Shown here piece by piece: positions 10,832 through 20,017 of a DNA stretch of 64,000 nucleotides. Within the stretch, counting starts at the first letter, position 1; each line of letters starts with the position of its first letter. The notes below the pieces were generated by a model, which saw nothing but the letters and a program-made list of their open reading frames with translations, did not search any database and was not told the origin of the DNA. Made by a program: the position numbers and the translations under genes. The DNA comes from Polyangiales bacterium (GTDB taxonomy: Bacteria; Myxococcota_A; Polyangia; Polyangiales; JADJQN01): positions 64,001 to 128,000 of the forward strand of contig CAXNJO010000012.1 of assembly GCA_964202905.1 (NCBI GenBank). The letters run 5' to 3'.

Positions 10832-13551
10832 AGGGTCCTCCGATCGTCCGGGCCGCGCCGCTGCGGTCCAATCCCGAGCAGCTCGAGCTCGCGCATGAGC
10901 TGCTCCCGCTCGAGCTTGTGGATGCACGCCCGCGCGCCGCTCGCGAGCGCGCGCTCGGCCCACATCGGGTCCTGGTGGTACGTCCAGACGAACACCGGCA
11001 TGTGCGGCAGCTCGGTGCGGAGGGTCGCCAGCACACCGAAGCCATCCGTACCCGGCATCTCGAGGTCCGTGATGACCGCATCGAACGGGCCGCGCGCCTT
11101 GTCCCGCACGGCCTGCAGCGCAGCGTCTCCGTCGGGCACGTCGACCACTTCGAGGCCGAGCCCACGCAGGTAGCCGCTCAGCGCGGCGCGCATCGCGTTC
11201 GAGTCGTCGGCGACGAGCACACGGCCGCGCTTCGCCGGTCGGCGGCGCTCGCGGACGAAGTGCGGCGCGAGCTCGCGCACGATGCGGTAGACGTCGACGA
11301 GGAGCGTCGTCCGCCCCTGCACGACGGCACGTCCGAGCGTGAACGGCGCAGCGTCCTCCGGGTCGTCGTCGTCGGTGCGCGCCTCGACGACGTCCACGAT
11401 CGCGTCGACGGCCATGCCGATCATCTGCCCGAAGTCGAAGACCACGACGGCCTGCTCCGCGCCCATGATCGCCGCGCGCCCGAGCGGCAGCAGCGCCTCG
11501 GGCCGCACGAGCGGCATCAGCCCGCCGCGGTACTGCACGAGTTCCGTCCCAGCGACGAGCTCGATGTTCGTGCGCGGCACCTGCTCGAGCCGCGCCACCA
11601 TCGCGAGCGGCACCGCGCACTGCGTGTCGCCCGAGCGGAACACGAGCAGCCGCTGCTGCGGCCCCGCGTCCGGACCGGACTCGACGGCGCCGGCCGAGCG
11701 CTGCACCGCGAGGTCGATCCCCGACAGCCCGGCGACCCCGGCCACGTCGAGGATGAGCGCGACCCCGCCGTCGCCGAGTACCGTCGCGCCGCTGTAGCAG
11801 GCGAGGCGCTTGAGCTGGCCGTGCAGCGGCTTGATGACGATCTCTTCGGTGTCGTGGATCGCGTCCACGACGATGCCGTAGCGACGTGTCCCGATCGCGA
11901 CGACGACGATGCTGAGCGTCCCGGGCGCCGCGCTCGCCGCGCCCGCGGGCCGCGCGAGGCGGAACACCTCGTCGAGGCGCACGATGGGCAGCAGCTCGCC
12001 GCGGAGCCGATGAATCTCCGCGCCGCGGACTTGCTCGAGGGCGCCCGCGGCGGCGGTCTCGTCGAGGTAGACGAGCTCGAGCAGGTTGACCTGCGGGACG
12101 GCGAAACGATGCCCCGCGACCTCGACGAGCAGCGCGGGGATGATCGCGAGCGTGAGCGGCATCTTCAGCCGCATGCACGTGCCGCGACCGACCGCGGACT
12201 CGATCTCCACCTGCCCGCCCGCCCGCTCGACGTGCGTGCGCACGACGTCCATCCCGACGCCGCGCCCGGAGATGTCGGTCACCTTCGCCGCGGTGCTGAA
12301 GCCCGGGCGGAACACGAGCTCGAGCGCCTCGCGATCGGTCAGCAGCACCGCCTCGGCGGAGCTCATCAGCCCCTTCTTCACGGCGTGCGCGCGCAACGCG
12401 ATGGGGTCCATGCCGCGGCCGTCGTCCTCGACCTCGATGAGCACCATCCCGCCCTCGTGCGACGCGCGCACGGTCACGGTGCCGCTCGTCGACTTGCCCA
12501 TCGCGGTGCGGGTCGCCGGGTCCTCGATGCCGTGATCGATCGCGTTGCGGACGATGTGCATCAGCGGATCGCGGATGGCCTCGACGAGCGCCTTGTCGAT
12601 CTCGGTGGTCGTGCCCTCGATGCGCGAGACGACGTGCTTGCCGGTCGAATTGCAGAGGTCGCGCACCATGCGCGGAATCTTCTCGAACATGCGCGCGACG
12701 GGCTGCATGCGCGTCTTCATGATCTGCTCTTGCAGCTCGGTCGTGACGAGGTTGAGCCGGTTGAGCGCGACCTGCGAGGACATGCCGCTCTCGCGGCCCG
12801 CGCGCACGACCTGCACGACCTGGTTGCGCGCGAGCACCAGCTCGCCGATGAGGTTCATCAGCTTGTCGAGGACGGCGACGTTCACGCGCACCGTGCCGTC
12901 GGACGCGTCGGGCTTCGGCGCGGAGGCGTCCCGGCGGGCGCCCTCGGCGGTGCGCTCGTCTCCGTCGGCGTCGTTCGGCGCGGGCGGCGCGGGCGGCGCG
13001 AGCGAGGAGGCACGCACCGGCGGAGGAGACGGGGGAACGGACCCCGCCACGATGACGGGCGACGCGTGCGGCGCGCTGGCGCCGTCGTCCGTCGGCGGCG
13101 TGTGCGAGAGCCCGCGGCGCGGCGCGGCGGGCGCCGGCTCGCCCCGCAGATCGGCGCGGATCTCGGCGATCAGCGGCTCGACGTCGACGTCGCCCTCGTC
13201 GTCGGTGTCGCGCACCGAGCAGATCATCGTGCGCAGCGCGTCGCAGACCGAGAGCAGCCGCGCGTAGATCATCGGCGTCGGCGTCAGAGAGCCGTCGCGC
13301 AACTTCGAGAGCATGTCCTCGGCGGTGTGCGAGAGCGCGAGGACGCGGTCGACCGAGAGAAAACCCGAGGTCCCCTTGATCGTGTGGATGTCGCGGAACA
13401 GCACGCCCATCAGGTCGGGGTGCGGCACTCCGCCCTCCGCCGCGAGCAGGAGACGCTCGTCGCGCTGCAGGGCCTCGAGGGACTCGTCGATGAAGATCTC
13501 GAGCGTCTCGGGATCGCGCTCGACGTTGGAGGGCTTCTTGCCTGGGCTCAT
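10828..13551 (-). CDS. cheA: CheA histidine kinase, hybrid (Hpt-dimer-HATPase-CheW-CheW-REC)
   Basis: Hpt FRDIHTIKG, VRV..LDKLMNLIGELV, HIVRNAIDHG, DDGRG, GFST..SGRGVGMD, two CheW-like domains, REC with ITDLEMP. Confidence 0.97.
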   Translation of the reverse strand: MSPGKKPSNVERDPETLEIFIDESLEALQRDERLLLAAEGGVPHPDLMGVLFRDIHTIKGTSGFLSVDRVLALSHTAEDMLSKLRDGSLTPTPMIYARLLSVCDALRTMICSVRDTDDEGDVDVEPLIAEIRADLRGEPAPAAPRRGLSHTPPTDDGASAPHASPVIVAGSVPPSPPPVRASSLAPPAPPAPNDADGDERTAEGARRDASAPKPDASDGTVRVNVAVLDKLMNLIGELVLARNQVVQVVRAGRESGMSSQVALNRLNLVTTELQEQIMKTRMQPVARMFEKIPRMVRDLCNSTGKHVVSRIEGTTTEIDKALVEAIRDPLMHIVRNAIDHGIEDPATRTAMGKSTSGTVTVRASHEGGMVLIEVEDDGRGMDPIALRAHAVKKGLMSSAEAVLLTDREALELVFRPGFSTAAKVTDISGRGVGMDVVRTHVERAGGQVEIESAVGRGTCMRLKMPLTLAIIPALLVEVAGHRFAVPQVNLLELVYLDETAAAGALEQVRGAEIHRLRGELLPIVRLDEVFRLARPAGAASAAPGTLSIVVVAIGTRRYGIVVDAIHDTEEIVIKPLHGQLKRLACYSGATVLGDGGVALILDVAGVAGLSGIDLAVQRSAGAVESGPDAGPQQRLLVFRSGDTQCAVPLAMVARLEQVPRTNIELVAGTELVQYRGGLMPLVRPEALLPLGRAAIMGAEQAVVVFDFGQMIGMAVDAIVDVVEARTDDDDPEDAAPFTLGRAVVQGRTTLLVDVYRIVRELAPHFVRERRRPAKRGRVLVADDSNAMRAALSGYLRGLGLEVVDVPDGDAALQAVRDKARGPFDAVITDLEMPGTDGFGVLATLRTELPHMPVFVWTYHQDPMWAERALASGARACIHKLEREQLMRELELLGIGPQRRGPDDRRTL

Positions 13552-14804
13552 CCGCGCGTCTCCTCGTGGGGCGACTTCCATCCGCTCGTCCGCGCCAGCA
13601 CGAAGGCCGCGAGCTCCGAGCCTGGAACCACGGCGTCGGCGGCGTGGGCCGCCACGACCGCGCCGGGCATCCCCCATACCACGCTGGAGGCCTGATCCTG
13701 CACCACGACCGGCGAGCCTGCCTCGCGCAGCGCCACGGCGCCGAGCGCACCGTCCGTGCCCATGCCGGTGGCGACGACCCCGACGCTCGACGCCCGGCAC
13801 ACCGCGGCGACCGAGCGGAACAGCGGATCGACGGCCGGTTTGCAATGGTGTTCGGGCGGGCCGTCGTCCTGCAGCGCGACGAGGCGGCCGCGGTCACGGC
13901 CGACGCAGAGGTGCCGCTCGTCCCCCGCGAGGTAGACCATCCGCGGCTCGAGGAGCATCCCGTGCTGCGCGATGCGCACGGCGCGGCGGCTCTGCTGCGT
14001 GAGCAACTCGACGAAGAAGCCGATGTGCGCGGCAGCCATGTGCTGCACGATCACGATCGGCACCTCGAAGCCCGCGCCGAGGTCCTGGAGGAAGCGCACC
14101 AGCACGGGCGGCCCGCCCGTCGAGGCGCCGACCGCGATGAGCTCGCGCAGCGCCGGCCCGCTGCGCACCTTGACGCGCGGACGCAACTCGGCGGCCTCGT
14201 CCGGCGCGCCCGGGCGCGATGCGGTGATGCGGGGCGCGGGCCGACTCAAGCTCGCGCGGGGCAGGACGCTCCCAAGCGCCCCCGGCGCCGCGGTCACGCG
14301 CGCTTCTGGCAACACGCTTCCACGCGTCCCCGGCGCCACGCTGACGCGCGCTTCCGGCGCCACGCTCGCGGGGCGCGGCGGAGCGACGCTGCGCGAGCCG
14401 CTCGACGCAGGCTCGAACAGCTCGCGCTCGAGCGCCTCGGTGAGCCGCGCCTCGGCATCCGGACCCGTCGGCTTCGCGATGAGCGTGGCCCCGATCAGGA
14501 GCGCTTCGATCCCGGTGAACGACGCGTCCGCGCTCAGCAGCACGACCCGCACGTGGGGGTGGTGACGGCGCACCCAGTGCAGGAGGTCGAGCCCGCTCTC
14601 GCCGCGCATCGCGATGTCGAGCGTCACCGCGTCGATGTCACCGCGCTCGAGTCGCGCCCGCGCGAGCGCGAGCGTGCCCACCGCGCCGAGCACCTGGAAG
14701 CGCGGGCTGCGCTCGAGACAGCGCGTCACCAGCTGACGGAATGCGGCGCTGTCGTCGACGACGAGGACGCGGCGGATCGCGGAGCTCTGGCTGGACAGGT
14801 TCAT
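13548..14804 (-). CDS. cheB: CheB methylesterase with N-terminal REC and a long repetitive linker
   Basis: REC (VDD, TLDIAM); esterase triad GASTGG, QHM, TGMGTDG; KPAVDPLF; SVVWGMP. Confidence 0.95.
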   Translation of the reverse strand: MNLSSQSSAIRRVLVVDDSAAFRQLVTRCLERSPRFQVLGAVGTLALARARLERGDIDAVTLDIAMRGESGLDLLHWVRRHHPHVRVVLLSADASFTGIEALLIGATLIAKPTGPDAEARLTEALERELFEPASSGSRSVAPPRPASVAPEARVSVAPGTRGSVLPEARVTAAPGALGSVLPRASLSRPAPRITASRPGAPDEAAELRPRVKVRSGPALRELIAVGASTGGPPVLVRFLQDLGAGFEVPIVIVQHMAAAHIGFFVELLTQQSRRAVRIAQHGMLLEPRMVYLAGDERHLCVGRDRGRLVALQDDGPPEHHCKPAVDPLFRSVAAVCRASSVGVVATGMGTDGALGAVALREAGSPVVVQDQASSVVWGMPGAVVAAHAADAVVPGSELAAFVLARTSGWKSPHEETRG

Positions 14805-14989
14805 GCGGCGGGGGAGCGGCGCCCACGGCTCGTGGCGCACGCGGGCGCGCCGACGCACCGGGGCCTCGCGATCATCGGCTGCCCGACCCCGACGCTGAAG
14901 GGGCGGCGCTCCCGTGATGCGCGCGGCCCCGAGCCGACACCCGCGCGACGGTGACAACGCGCCGCAGCGCGTGCGACCCTGCGGCCGCC

Positions 14990-16390
14990 ATGCACCTCCA
15001 CCCGCTCGCTGAGGAAGCCCTCTCGATCCTCGGCCTCCTGGTCGCGGTCGCCATCGTCTATTCACGGCTGCCCCGCGTCGACGTCGGCCACACGCCAAGC
15101 TTCCTGCGGCGGCGCTTCTACAACTGGTTCCCCCTCGGGCTGACCTACGCCTTTCTCTACATGGGGCGTTACAACCTGACGGCCGCGAAGGGCGCGCTCG
15201 ACGATCTCGGGCTCATGTCGAACGCCGATTTCGGGACGATCAAGTCCATCGGCGCGATGGTGTACGGCTGCTCGTTCTTGCTCAACGGACCGCTCGCCGA
15301 CAAGCTCGGCGGCCGCAAGACGATGCTCATCGGCACCGCGGGCGTGGTGGTCGCGAACCTCCTGATGGGCGCCGCGCTGATCTCGGGTGCGTTCACGAGC
15401 CTGCGCGTTCCCTTCACGGTGCTCTACGCGCTCAACATGTATTTCCAGAGCTTCGGCGCCGTCTCGATCGTGAAGGTCAACGCGAGCTGGTTCCACCTGC
15501 GCGAGCGCGGCGCCTTCGGTGGCATCTTCGGGATCCTCATCTCGCTCGGTCTGTATCTCGCCTTCGACCCGACGCGCCTGCTGCTCGCGAGCTTCCCGCC
15601 CGCCTTCGCCTTCTTCCTGCCGGCCGCCGTGCTCTTCGCGTTCTTCGCGATCGACTACCTCGTCGTGCGCGACACGCCGGGCGAGACGGGCCACCCCGAC
15701 TTCGACGTCGCCGACGCCTCGAGCGCCGACGACGGCCACGCGCTCGGTCTCGCCGCGGTCGCGAAGAAGATGCTCACGCACCCGGTCATCCTCTCGATCG
15801 CGCTCGTCGAGTTCTGCAGCGGCTACCTGCGCGCGGCGCTCATGGACTGGTACTACATCTTCGCGCAGCAGACGGGGGCCATGGAGCGCGAGTACGTGCC
15901 GAAGCACTGGGGCCTCATGCAGTGCGTCGCGGGCATCCTCGGCGGCGTGTTCGCGGGCATCCTCTCCGACCGGCTCTTCAGCTCGCGGCGCGGACCGGTC
16001 GCGGCGCTACTTTACGCGCTCTGCATCGCCGCGAGCGTCGGCGTCGCGCTCGCGCTGCTCTCGCCGTGGCTCGGCTGGGTCGTCGCGGTCATGATGCTCG
16101 CGATCATCGGCGTGCACGGCATGCTGAGCGGCACGGCCAGCATGGACTTCGGCGGCCGCAAGAACGCCGGCCTCGCCGTCGGCATCATCGACGGCTTCGT
16201 CTACCTCGGCGTCGCGGCGCAGGCCTTCCTTCTCGGCCGCCTGCTCCCCGAGAAGGGACACGGCGCCGAGGATCCGACGCGCTGGACCGCGTGGCCCTGG
16301 GCGATGATGCCCGTCGCCGTGATCGGCTTCGTCATCGCGCTGCGCCTGTGGAACGCGCGCCCCACGACGAAGAGCGCCGCGGCCCACTGA
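14990..16390 (+). CDS. MFS transporter, OPA/GlpT-UhpC-like
   Basis: About 12-13 TM helices, LYMGRYN, GPLADKLGGRK, WFHLRERG, LSDRLFSSRRGP, AVGIIDGFVYLG. Confidence 0.88.
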   Translation: MHLHPLAEEALSILGLLVAVAIVYSRLPRVDVGHTPSFLRRRFYNWFPLGLTYAFLYMGRYNLTAAKGALDDLGLMSNADFGTIKSIGAMVYGCSFLLNGPLADKLGGRKTMLIGTAGVVVANLLMGAALISGAFTSLRVPFTVLYALNMYFQSFGAVSIVKVNASWFHLRERGAFGGIFGILISLGLYLAFDPTRLLLASFPPAFAFFLPAAVLFAFFAIDYLVVRDTPGETGHPDFDVADASSADDGHALGLAAVAKKMLTHPVILSIALVEFCSGYLRAALMDWYYIFAQQTGAMEREYVPKHWGLMQCVAGILGGVFAGILSDRLFSSRRGPVAALLYALCIAASVGVALALLSPWLGWVVAVMMLAIIGVHGMLSGTASMDFGGRKNAGLAVGIIDGFVYLGVAAQAFLLGRLLPEKGHGAEDPTRWTAWPWAMMPVAVIGFVIALRLWNARPTTKSAAAH

Positions 16391-16455
16391 CGGCGCGCGG
16401 CGCAGGGCGGCGGTGAGGCAGGGCGGGCCGGACGCGAACCGCCCGCAGGCCGTGC

Positions 16456-17201
16456 TCAGTCGAGGCGGAAATCGCTGATCGTCTCGACGCCCGCGTCGGG
16501 CGAGGGCGCCCCGGGTACGCGCTGGGTGTCGAGCACGACGCTGAGCACGTGCGGGAAGACCTGCAGCGCGACGTTGCAGTTCGCGGGCTCGTTGTCGAAG
16601 AAGGCGAGCACGTCGCCGACGCGCAGCAGCGACGGCAGCGCCGTGCGCTTGAAGGCCTCGTCGGGCAGCGTCGCGTCGGGCTTGAGCACGCACTCGATGC
16701 CCGCGATGCGCGATCGGGAATCCCGAATCGCGCAGGCTCGCGACGGTGCCGAGGAACATCCCGGGCACGTCGCGCCCCGTCATGTAGACGACGACCGCAC
16801 CCGCTGTCATGGCACGCGTGTACGTAGTCGCAGGCCCCGTCGAGCGGCACGTCGAAGCGGCAGTACTCGTCGGTGAAGAAGCGATCGCGCCAGTACGCGG
16901 TGACGTCCTTCACGATCTCGGGGTGCGTGAGCCCGCAGCCGCGCAGCGTGTCGCTGAGCAGGTAGTGGATGTGCGTCGCGTCGAGGGTCGCGAGCGCGGT
17001 GGCGACGTCGGGGAACGAGTCCCGCACCTCGGCCGCGTACTCGTCGAGGATCCGCAGCGTCCGCGGGCGGTTGTCGTAGAGCGTGGCGTCGAGGTCGAAG
17101 ACGACCACCGGCGACCGCGTCCCCTCGCCGGCCGCGCCGGTGACGCGATCGAGGACGGCTCGGAGGACGGCGATCTGATGGGGCAGCGGCGGGGGTTGCA
17201 C
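16456..17201 (-). CDS. HAD-family hydrolase/acid phosphatase (frameshifts near 16800 and 16710)
   Basis: Motif I VVFDLDATL, motif II YMTGR, motif III/IV FKR..FFDNEP, spread over three frames. Confidence 0.8.
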
Positions 17202-17498
17202 GGGCGCGACGATAGCCGACGCAACGCGCGCGGGGCAATCGCGGAACGGCATCGCAACCGGGTGCGCCGTGTCTTGCAGGCGCGGCGCAGGGGCCCCAGT
17301 CCCGGGACGTCGGAAAATCGCCCGTGAGCGGCGCTTTGCCGTGGACGACGGGCGGGCGGGAAGCATTTGACCGCTCGCGCGTTCCAAGGGCGACGCGGGT
17401 CGGCAGGCGGTGAACCCGCAGCACGGCGCGCAGCAAGGCCACGGCCCCGGCGTGCTGGGGTGGCGACTCGCGCATCGAACGCGGACAACTCGGAGCCA

Positions 17499-18014
17499 AT
17501 GGCGAATCTGGAAGATCGGGAGAAGATGGACTCGGAGGCCGCACACCCCACGACGGCGCACGCGGCGCGTGCGTCGGGCGCAGGCGCGTCGGGCGCAGGC
17601 GGGGAGAAGGCCGCGGCCGTGCTCGTCGTCGAGCCGGACCCGGAGTTGCAGTCCCGCCTCGCGCGCATGCTCACGGTGCGCGGGCACCGCGTCGTGGGCA
17701 CGAGCTCCGGGGACGGCGCGCTCGCGCTCGTCCGGCAGTGGCCCGTCGACCTCGTCCTCGTCGACGACGCGCTGCCGGCGACCTCCGCCCTCTCGTCGCT
17801 CGCGCTCGCGCGGGTCCTGCGGGCCGTGCACCCCGGGGTACGCGTCGTCCTGATGACGGGCGCCAGCGCGCACGCAGAGGTGCACCTCGCCGCTCGGCTC
17901 GCGGGCGTCGTCGCTTGTCTGACGAAGCCCTTCCGGCCCGAGACGATCGTCGAGGCGCTGCGCCTGCTCGCCCCCCGCGTGGCCGGGCCGGGCGCGCTCG
18001 GCGCCGCGGGCTGA
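17499..18014 (+). CDS. Single-domain response regulator (receiver)
   Basis: VLVVEPD, DLVLVDDALP, VLMTG, LTKPF. Confidence 0.85.
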   Translation: MANLEDREKMDSEAAHPTTAHAARASGAGASGAGGEKAAAVLVVEPDPELQSRLARMLTVRGHRVVGTSSGDGALALVRQWPVDLVLVDDALPATSALSSLALARVLRAVHPGVRVVLMTGASAHAEVHLAARLAGVVACLTKPFRPETIVEALRLLAPRVAGPGALGAAG

Positions 18015-18080
18015 GCCCGCACGCGGCACGCCCCTGCGAGCCTTGACACCCCGAGGCCGTGGGCGGAAATTCCGCCTCCC

Positions 18081-19976
18081 TTGCGCCGCCTCTCCCGCGC
18101 TCTCCCCTCGCTGGCCGCCATCCCGCTGCTCGTGGCCGTCCTCGCGGCGGCGCAGACGCGGCCGAGCACCATCCCCGTCGACGAGATCCGCCGCGGGATG
18201 GTCGGCTACGGCCTCACCGTCTTCGAGGGCGAGGTCCCGGCGCGCTTCGACGTCGAGGTGATCGACGTCCTGCACAACTTCCGCCCGGGGCAGGACATCG
18301 TCCTCGTCCGCACGCGGCACCCGATCCTCGACCACGCGGCGACGGTGGCGGGGATGAGCGGCTCGCCCATCTACCTCGACGGCCGCCTCGCCGGCGCCTA
18401 CGCGTACGGCTGGCCTTTCGGCAAGGACCCGATCGCGGGCGTCACCCCGATCGCCAACATGCTCGCGGAGATGCGGCGTGCGCGACGCCCGGACGCCTTC
18501 CCGCTGGCCTCGCCACTCGCTCGGTTCGGGAGCGCGTCGACGCGCAGCGCAGGCTCGTCGTGGGCCCGCCTCGCGGGGCTGCCGCCGCACCGCGGCGAGA
18601 CGGCCACGGACGCCCTCACGCCGCTGCGCGCCCTCGCGGAGCGTCGCAGCGCGCAGCCGGGGTGGTCCGCGCACCCGGATGCGCGCGCCCTGCGCCTCGA
18701 GCCCGCCGCCACGCCGCTGATGCTCGGCGGCTTCGGCGATCGCGCGATCGCCGCCCTCACCGAGGAGCTCGCCCCCTTCGGGCTCCTGCCCCTGCAGGCG
18801 GGCGGTGGCGCGCGCACGCCCGCGCCGGGGAGCCCCGCGCCCCGCTTCGTCGATGGCGGCGCGATCGGCGTCCAGCTCGTGCGCGGCGACCTCAGCGCCA
18901 CCGGCGTCGGCACGGTCACGCACGTCGCGGGGCGCGAGCTCGTCGCCTTCGGCCACCCGATGATGAACGCCGGCGAGACGGGCCTGCCGACGGCGACCGC
19001 GCGCGTCTTGCACATCCTCGCGAGCGAGCAGCGCTCCTTCAAACTCGCGGAGGCGGTCGCCCCGCTCGGCGCGCTCGTCAACGACCGGCAGGCCGCGATC
19101 GTCGTCGACAGCGGGGTCACCGCCGCGACGGTGCCCGTGACGCTCCGCGTGCACGGCGTCGAGGGGCTGCCGCGCGAGACGTGGCACTTCGAGGTCGCCG
19201 CGCACCGCGTACTCACGCCCGTGTTGCTGCTCTCCGCGCTCACGAGCGCGCTCGAGGCGACCGTCAGCGACGAGACGGATGTCGTCTTCGAGGCCCGCTC
19301 GCGCGTCGCGATCGAGGGACGCCCCGGCGTCATCGAGCACGAGGACCGGCGCCATGGCAGCGCCGGGCTCGCGAGCGCACGCGCGCTCGGGCGGCTGCGG
19401 CTCTTCGAGACGCTCGAGGCCGTCTACGGCAACCCGTTCGAGCAGGCGCGCATCCGGAGCGTCGAGCTCGACGTGACGGTGCGCTTCGGGCGCGAGCTCA
19501 CGCACATCGTCGACGCGGTGCTGCCCGACGACGAGGTCGACCCCGGCGAGCGCGTCGACCTCGTCGTGACCCTCCGGGCGCACGGCCGCCCCGACGAGCA
19601 GCGCACGATCCCCGTCGACATCCCGCGCGACGCGGCGGGCACCGAGCTCGAGTTCGCGGTGCAGCCGGGCGACGAGGTCCCGCTCGAGAATCCCGAGCCG
19701 CGCTCCCTCGACGACCTCCTCGCGATCGTCGGCAACCGCCTGCCCGCGACCTCGCTCGTCGTGTCGGCGCGGCTGCCCTCGCGCGGCCTGCGCTTCGAGG
19801 GACACGTCGCGCGCAACCTCCCGGCGAGCGCCCTCGACGCGCTCTCGCTGACGAACGGCGGCGCCCCCGCTGCGCCCTTCGCGACGCAGGTGCGTCAGAT
19901 CCATCCCCTCGGCCGGCTCCTCGGGGGCGGCGCGCGCCTCCGCGTGCGCGTGCGCGCCCTCCCGCGCGCCCGCTGA
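18081..19976 (+). CDS. Secreted SpoIVB-like peptidase S55 domain protein
   Basis: Signal peptide; GYGLTVFEG, AGMSGSPIY (Ser), GTVT..AFGHP (His), NDRQAAI. Confidence 0.88.
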   Translation: MRRLSRALPSLAAIPLLVAVLAAAQTRPSTIPVDEIRRGMVGYGLTVFEGEVPARFDVEVIDVLHNFRPGQDIVLVRTRHPILDHAATVAGMSGSPIYLDGRLAGAYAYGWPFGKDPIAGVTPIANMLAEMRRARRPDAFPLASPLARFGSASTRSAGSSWARLAGLPPHRGETATDALTPLRALAERRSAQPGWSAHPDARALRLEPAATPLMLGGFGDRAIAALTEELAPFGLLPLQAGGGARTPAPGSPAPRFVDGGAIGVQLVRGDLSATGVGTVTHVAGRELVAFGHPMMNAGETGLPTATARVLHILASEQRSFKLAEAVAPLGALVNDRQAAIVVDSGVTAATVPVTLRVHGVEGLPRETWHFEVAAHRVLTPVLLLSALTSALEATVSDETDVVFEARSRVAIEGRPGVIEHEDRRHGSAGLASARALGRLRLFETLEAVYGNPFEQARIRSVELDVTVRFGRELTHIVDAVLPDDEVDPGERVDLVVTLRAHGRPDEQRTIPVDIPRDAAGTELEFAVQPGDEVPLENPEPRSLDDLLAIVGNRLPATSLVVSARLPSRGLRFEGHVARNLPASALDALSLTNGGAPAAPFATQVRQIHPLGRLLGGGARLRVRVRALPRAR

Positions 19977-20017
19977 GCGGCCCCCCGCCGACGTCCGCCT
20001 CTCTCACGACGAGCCCC

